Positions 58,581 through 64,000 of a stretch of 64,000 nt of DNA are shown piece by piece. Origin of the DNA: Octopus vulgaris (lineage: Eukaryota); the NCBI GenBank assembly GCA_951406725.2, contig OX597832.1, positions 64,666,001-64,730,000 of the forward strand, given 5' to 3'. Position 1 is the first letter of the stretch. The number at the start of each line of letters is the position of its first letter. The notes under the pieces are model-generated. The model had not been told where the DNA came from. It was given only the letters and a program-made list of their open reading frames with translations, and did not search any database. Position numbers and translations under genes: made by a program.

Positions 58581-59369
58581 AATGATGAAGTACAAAAATG
58601 CACTTTATTCGTAACAATAGAAAACAAGAGGGAAATCGCGAGCCACAACAGTAATAACTATAATAACAAGAATTAGTTTAAAAAATGTTGGAGAAAAAAA
58701 AGGCTAAATGTAGACGAAAATATACATGAAAAAGTAATAACTAGAAATAACTACGAAACACACGTACACACATATATAAGTGTGGGCGTAAAAGCATGTG
58801 TATATGTGTAAGTATATTTAGAAAAGTCGAGTTGTTATTGAGCGTGGTTGTTCCAGAGAAGTAGCTTTGTAGTAACGGTTTGATGGAAAACGGTTGGGGA
58901 AAAAAATACGTACAAAAAAAGATTAATGGAAAGAGAAAGAAGCAACGTATTGCTAAGGAGAATGATGGAAGTAAATGTCTACATTAGGTGAGTGTATAGA
59001 GATTTGGGTAAATGTGTATATGTGTTGTGTACACATACACACACACGTATATATATGCACACATATTCATATACACATCTATGTACATATTTACATTTGC
59101 ATATGTATGTATATAAAATGTATATTCACATGTATGCATATATATATATGTATATATATACACACATATATATATATACTTATATGTATTCATATATATA
59201 TACATATATACCCATATGCATTCATATATATGTGTATATATTCATCTATACCCCTATGCATTTATACATATACACGCACGTTATATATATACTCATATAC
59301 ATTCATATATATATATATACGTACATACATATATACAGACGTCTATTTTCCCTAACTTTATATACACAC

Positions 59370-59470
<101 letters not shown>

Positions 59471-59937
59471 ATCATATGAAATAGACTTTGAGGATAATAA
59501 AATACAAAAGCCATTTTTTGTATGCCTAACAATAACAAGATATGGTAAGAATAGAATCTGAATGCTAAATAAAAAAAAAACGTAACATCATCTGAAGGAA
59601 TCACAAATGAATATATCTCTTAGAGGAAAGATTACATTACAGGAACATATTACCAAATAAAACAAATAAACAACTAGACAACATTGAAAAGAAAATAGAA
59701 AAAAAAATGCTATTTTGTAAGACGGCTTTCTTTTCAATATATCTAGGTTAAAAATAATGGTGAGGAGCCTTATTTGTTCTTTATTATGTGGGAATAGCAG
59801 CTAAGACACTTCAATATGGCTGGTTTGAATTAAGAGGTTAATTTTGGCTTTATTGAATTTACTGTTATTACGTGCGGCTTTGGCAACACAATTGACAATT
59901 GTCCTTTGATTTTGTTTGTATGTGTGTGTTTGTCTCT

Positions 59938-60028
<91 letters not shown>

Positions 60029-60315
60029 TCAGGGTATAATAGGCACCTGTTTGTTAGAAAGAAGAGTTAAAACTCTCCAAAGCCACGCTTCATAGGATAG
60101 GAGGTGTTTACTTCACTTGTAATCTAAACCAATAGTGCTATAATTGGTCTTCCGTTAGGTTTTATGTTCACATCTAAGGCTGGAGCTGGGGATCCGTATT
60201 AGGCTTCCGAGTTAGAAGGTACATATTAATAAAAGGAAAAAGGACAACTAAAATCAAGGTAAGACGAGTATCTCAAGTCATTTGGAATCTTTAATTAGCG
60301 TAAGGTGAATTTGAA

Positions 60316-60391
60316 GTCTTACAGCTGTTTCTGCGATATTTCAAGTGATGGGCTAGTATTTCTGAACACTGAGTATTCCGTCATCAGAGAC
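60316..60391 (-). ncRNA. Minimal type I hammerhead motif in a probable Penelope-like pLTR fragment (~60025-60655)
   Basis: GUCU-CUGAUGA-(decayed stem II)-GAAAC-AGCU-GUA-AGAC. Confidence 0.7.
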
Positions 60392-60701
60392 AAGGGGAGT
60401 GTGTATGAAATTTCTACATAGGGAAATTCACAGTTTATAAGGAATAAAATAGATAAAAGAATAAATGTTGATAGAAGAATACACAGAGAAGTATAAAGTC
60501 CACAGCACATTCTTTTCCAGAGAATGGCAGTTGGTTCGTACTTCTGTGAAGGTATAGGCCCTTAGGTATAATACCAGATAAACACAGTCAGTATCTTGGA
60601 AAAAATTTGAATGATGCGTTCAAGTTGAAGGAATACATTGAGTAGTTAGCAAGATATATATATATTTATATATATATATATACACACACACACATATATA
60701 C

Positions 60702-60755
<54 letters not shown>

Positions 60756-60764
60756 ATACATATG

Positions 60765-60846
<82 letters not shown>

Positions 60847-61555
60847 TGTATATATATATGTGTGTGTGTATATATAGATAGAGAGAGAGAAAGAGGGAGT
60901 GAGAGAGAGAGCGAGGGAGGGAGAGCTATTAGCTTCTCAGTTGCTGCATCTTCATTCTCGACTGAGAGATATCCAATGAGGTGATAGAGTATACTGCTGA
61001 CGCACACAGTGGGAGTTCACTGAGGACATGACTGCTTGGTAACTGTCCTGCATACGGCAATATTTTATATATCTATGCTACCCACGGTATCTGTAACCGT
61101 ACGCTTAAGACTACGCGCGTGTAGATGGCGCAGTGTAGCGTTTAACGAACGAGATCAAGGTATGCAAACACCGTGAGGAAGCTAGAAGAGGGCAATCAAA
61201 CAAACGGTTCTTCTACTACCAAATTTACGTCATAACTAGAATTTCTCCATAAAATATCAAAGTTACAGTATGGGATATTCAGAATTTGGTCATGAGGAAG
61301 GCCATTTTTATTAATAAATCATATCCGTTTATCAACGAATGAAGTACGTGATGCTAACTGCTAAATGCAATATAAGAAATAAGAAGAAAGAGAGAATGGC
61401 TTCCAGCATAACTGTATATTTCAGAATTAAACTAAATCTAAATGTTTTGCAGTCAAAATATTGAAACATGAAATCAAAATTTAAGCACGTGCTATTTCAA
61501 TTTTTATTTCAGGTTTGCTTGTTGAGACTTTATAATATAGTAGAGCAGGTGTGAT

Positions 61556-61619
<64 letters not shown>

Positions 61620-61940
61620 ATCGCTGTACACAAATGAGGTCTCTGTGCGTATGTGCCTGCGTGTGTGTTACCAAACACACAAATGTGTGCATTGTACACA
61701 CACACACACACACACACACACATATTTATATAATGAAAATCAAGCAGCATCCAATTGATTATAATGACATGTCTTCTTTTATATAATTAACATAATTGAC
61801 ATCCTGTTATATTAGTATATAGGAATTGATACTTAAATACATATATATATACATTTATATACAACACGTATAAAATGTGCTTGCGTGTATATATATATAT
61901 ATATATATAATATATATATACATATATATATATATATAAA

Positions 61941-62019
<79 letters not shown>

Positions 62020-63129
62020 TATATATGCATAAAGTTACATATATGTGTGTGTGCGTGTGTATTTGTGCTTTGGGAATTTAGTAAAGCGTTATGACGATAG
62101 ACGAGGTATCAACTGAGTGGATTTTGAGGAAATGGAAAATAATAAAGCACCAAATATGGAAAGTGAGAAAACCATGAAGAAATAATGGTAATCAGAATGA
62201 CATACTGGAATAAATGATTGCGATGCTGTGTCAAAACTAGGAGACTAGGTGATAGATTATTTATACATATACTTCTCTCTCTCTCACACACAAACATATA
62301 TGTACACACACACGCCGATATACAGATGTATATATATATATGTACACACACACATATATGAGTTCATCTATATACACATATATATACATACACACATAAA
62401 AATATACTCACACACACACACAGTGTATGTATACAGAAAGATTGGGTGTAGCAGAGATTGACAAAGAGGAAAAGAGAGATGGTGAAGTGAATAAGAGATT
62501 CTGTCGCCTATCAATGAAGACAGATTTGAGATAAATGTTAAAAGTGACAATACAAACAGAGCACAAGATTCATTTAACTATTTTCTTATTATCAATATTT
62601 TTCTTTCTCTTTTTCTTTCGTAAAATGAACAATTGCTTAAAACGTATTGTATTATTTGGTTTTTCATAACAACATCAGCAATATTAACTGCAACAGGAGT
62701 AAAAGCACAAGAACACCATAAAAAAATACAAACAAACATATCCGAGAGCAATAATAGCCATGACAATAGAAGCGTCGACTAACTTCACAAAAATTTCCAT
62801 TTGAAAAATGAGATACAAATCTGTGTAATTTATTCAGTGTAAAGTAGACATTGGTATTCAGGTAAGTAAAATATGCTGACAGTTATTTTGTTTTCATTAA
62901 CGCATTGTTTTCTATAAGTATTTTTGTCTGTAATTTACAATGCTTTGTAATTATAAGGAAGTTCGCATATTCTTCTTAAAATTACTATTTGTAAAATAAA
63001 TAACAAAGATGATAACAAAGTAATTATACTTTAGACATTCTCTTTCCATTAGTCTCCCTTTCCATCATTGAGCGACGTGAGATTTCTATTGAGCATGGTT
63101 GCAAGCCTCGTCACGAACTTGCTTACAGA

Positions 63130-64000
63130 GTAGCAAATATATATATACATATCAGGACCTGCAGAGCCTTGTTTAAACCAGGTTTTGACAGGTCTGCCAT
63201 GCCTCCTGCACAGAACACTTCGGCTTCCAGTCGGAAGAGGATCTCTAGTCTGTTCATAGTAATGCATAACATGTGGCCAAGCATCCATTTTTGTCTGTTG
63301 AAGAGAATACTCAGTAAGTTACTCACCCAGGTCCTTTCCAAGTCTTCTTCATTCCTGAAGTTTCGCACCAAAAATTTCTTCGCCTTTGGAAATTATCTGA
63401 AGTCCCACATATAAAGCTAAATTTTTCCTCACATCTTACAGAAGTCAAGGCCCCAATGATGATAAATGTTTCGAATTTGATGTCTTCATTGGTAGAAGAG
63501 TTTCACGATACAGGTTCGAGGTTCTTGAAGACAGATGGAGGTTTACCATTTCTCTTCTAATCAATTTTCGAGTTTTCATCGCGCGTACTATTTCTTTGGC
63601 AGTAATAGAACTGGCGACGAAACGCGAGCGAATCAATGCCCTTCAGACTCTGCCTCCCCAGTGTTACTGAGACTGGTTGTAATGCCTTGTATTACTCTTT
63701 ATACAAGGTGCGTTTCTAACATATCTTTGAGGTCTTCGATGTAAGCAGAACATATGTAATCATACAGAGCCATCAGTTTATTTCAGCACTATTTTGGAGC
63801 ACAAAGATGGCGTTAAGTCAACGGCCAACATCATTAAAGATATACGTAAGTATCTGACACTTGATTGCTTTTCCTCGTCTACTGAATCTCTATCAGCATC
63901 TGCGCTTGTACATTCCGCACCAGTTCTGTTCATTACCTCACTTGATTATCGATTCTGAAGCCATAAACACATTCCTTTATGTCCGGATCCGATTGATAGA
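63130..64000 (-). mobile_element. Highly degraded RTE-like LINE ORF2 3' region
   Basis: Across frameshifts: RQKWMLGHMLCITMNRL, DWKPK, RRHGRPVKTW, resembling the R..W.GH..R...R...W.P...R.RGRP...W C-terminal motif. The upstream limit is uncertain. Confidence 0.6.

Overview
This is AT-rich, repeat-dominated eukaryotic non-coding DNA (intron or intergenic). It is probably from an octopus or another coleoid cephalopod, inferred only from the SINE families and the very high (TA)n/(CA)n/(TATC)n/(AAT)n content. I found no host gene exon, rRNA, true tRNA or CRISPR array, and nearly all ORFs in the track are microsatellite artefacts. Recognisable mobile elements: a 5'-truncated HERO-like RLE retrotransposon with a 36-bp target-site duplication (TSD), R4/Dong-like, CR1-like and RTE-like LINE remnants, a full-length DD34D mariner that is one base short of an open transposase, three mariner relics, two MITEs and many tRNA-derived SINEs. 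The most interesting signals are structural. (i) The 3' UTR of the HERO-like element carries all hammerhead ribozyme core boxes in a scrambled, pseudoknot-like order. (ii) At least four minimal type I hammerhead motifs with palindromic stem III loops are scattered through the window, one inside a 100-bp hairpin. (iii) Several local inverted duplications end at TA microsatellites. Everything was read by eye, with no database search or folding run. Boundaries of degraded elements are approximate.
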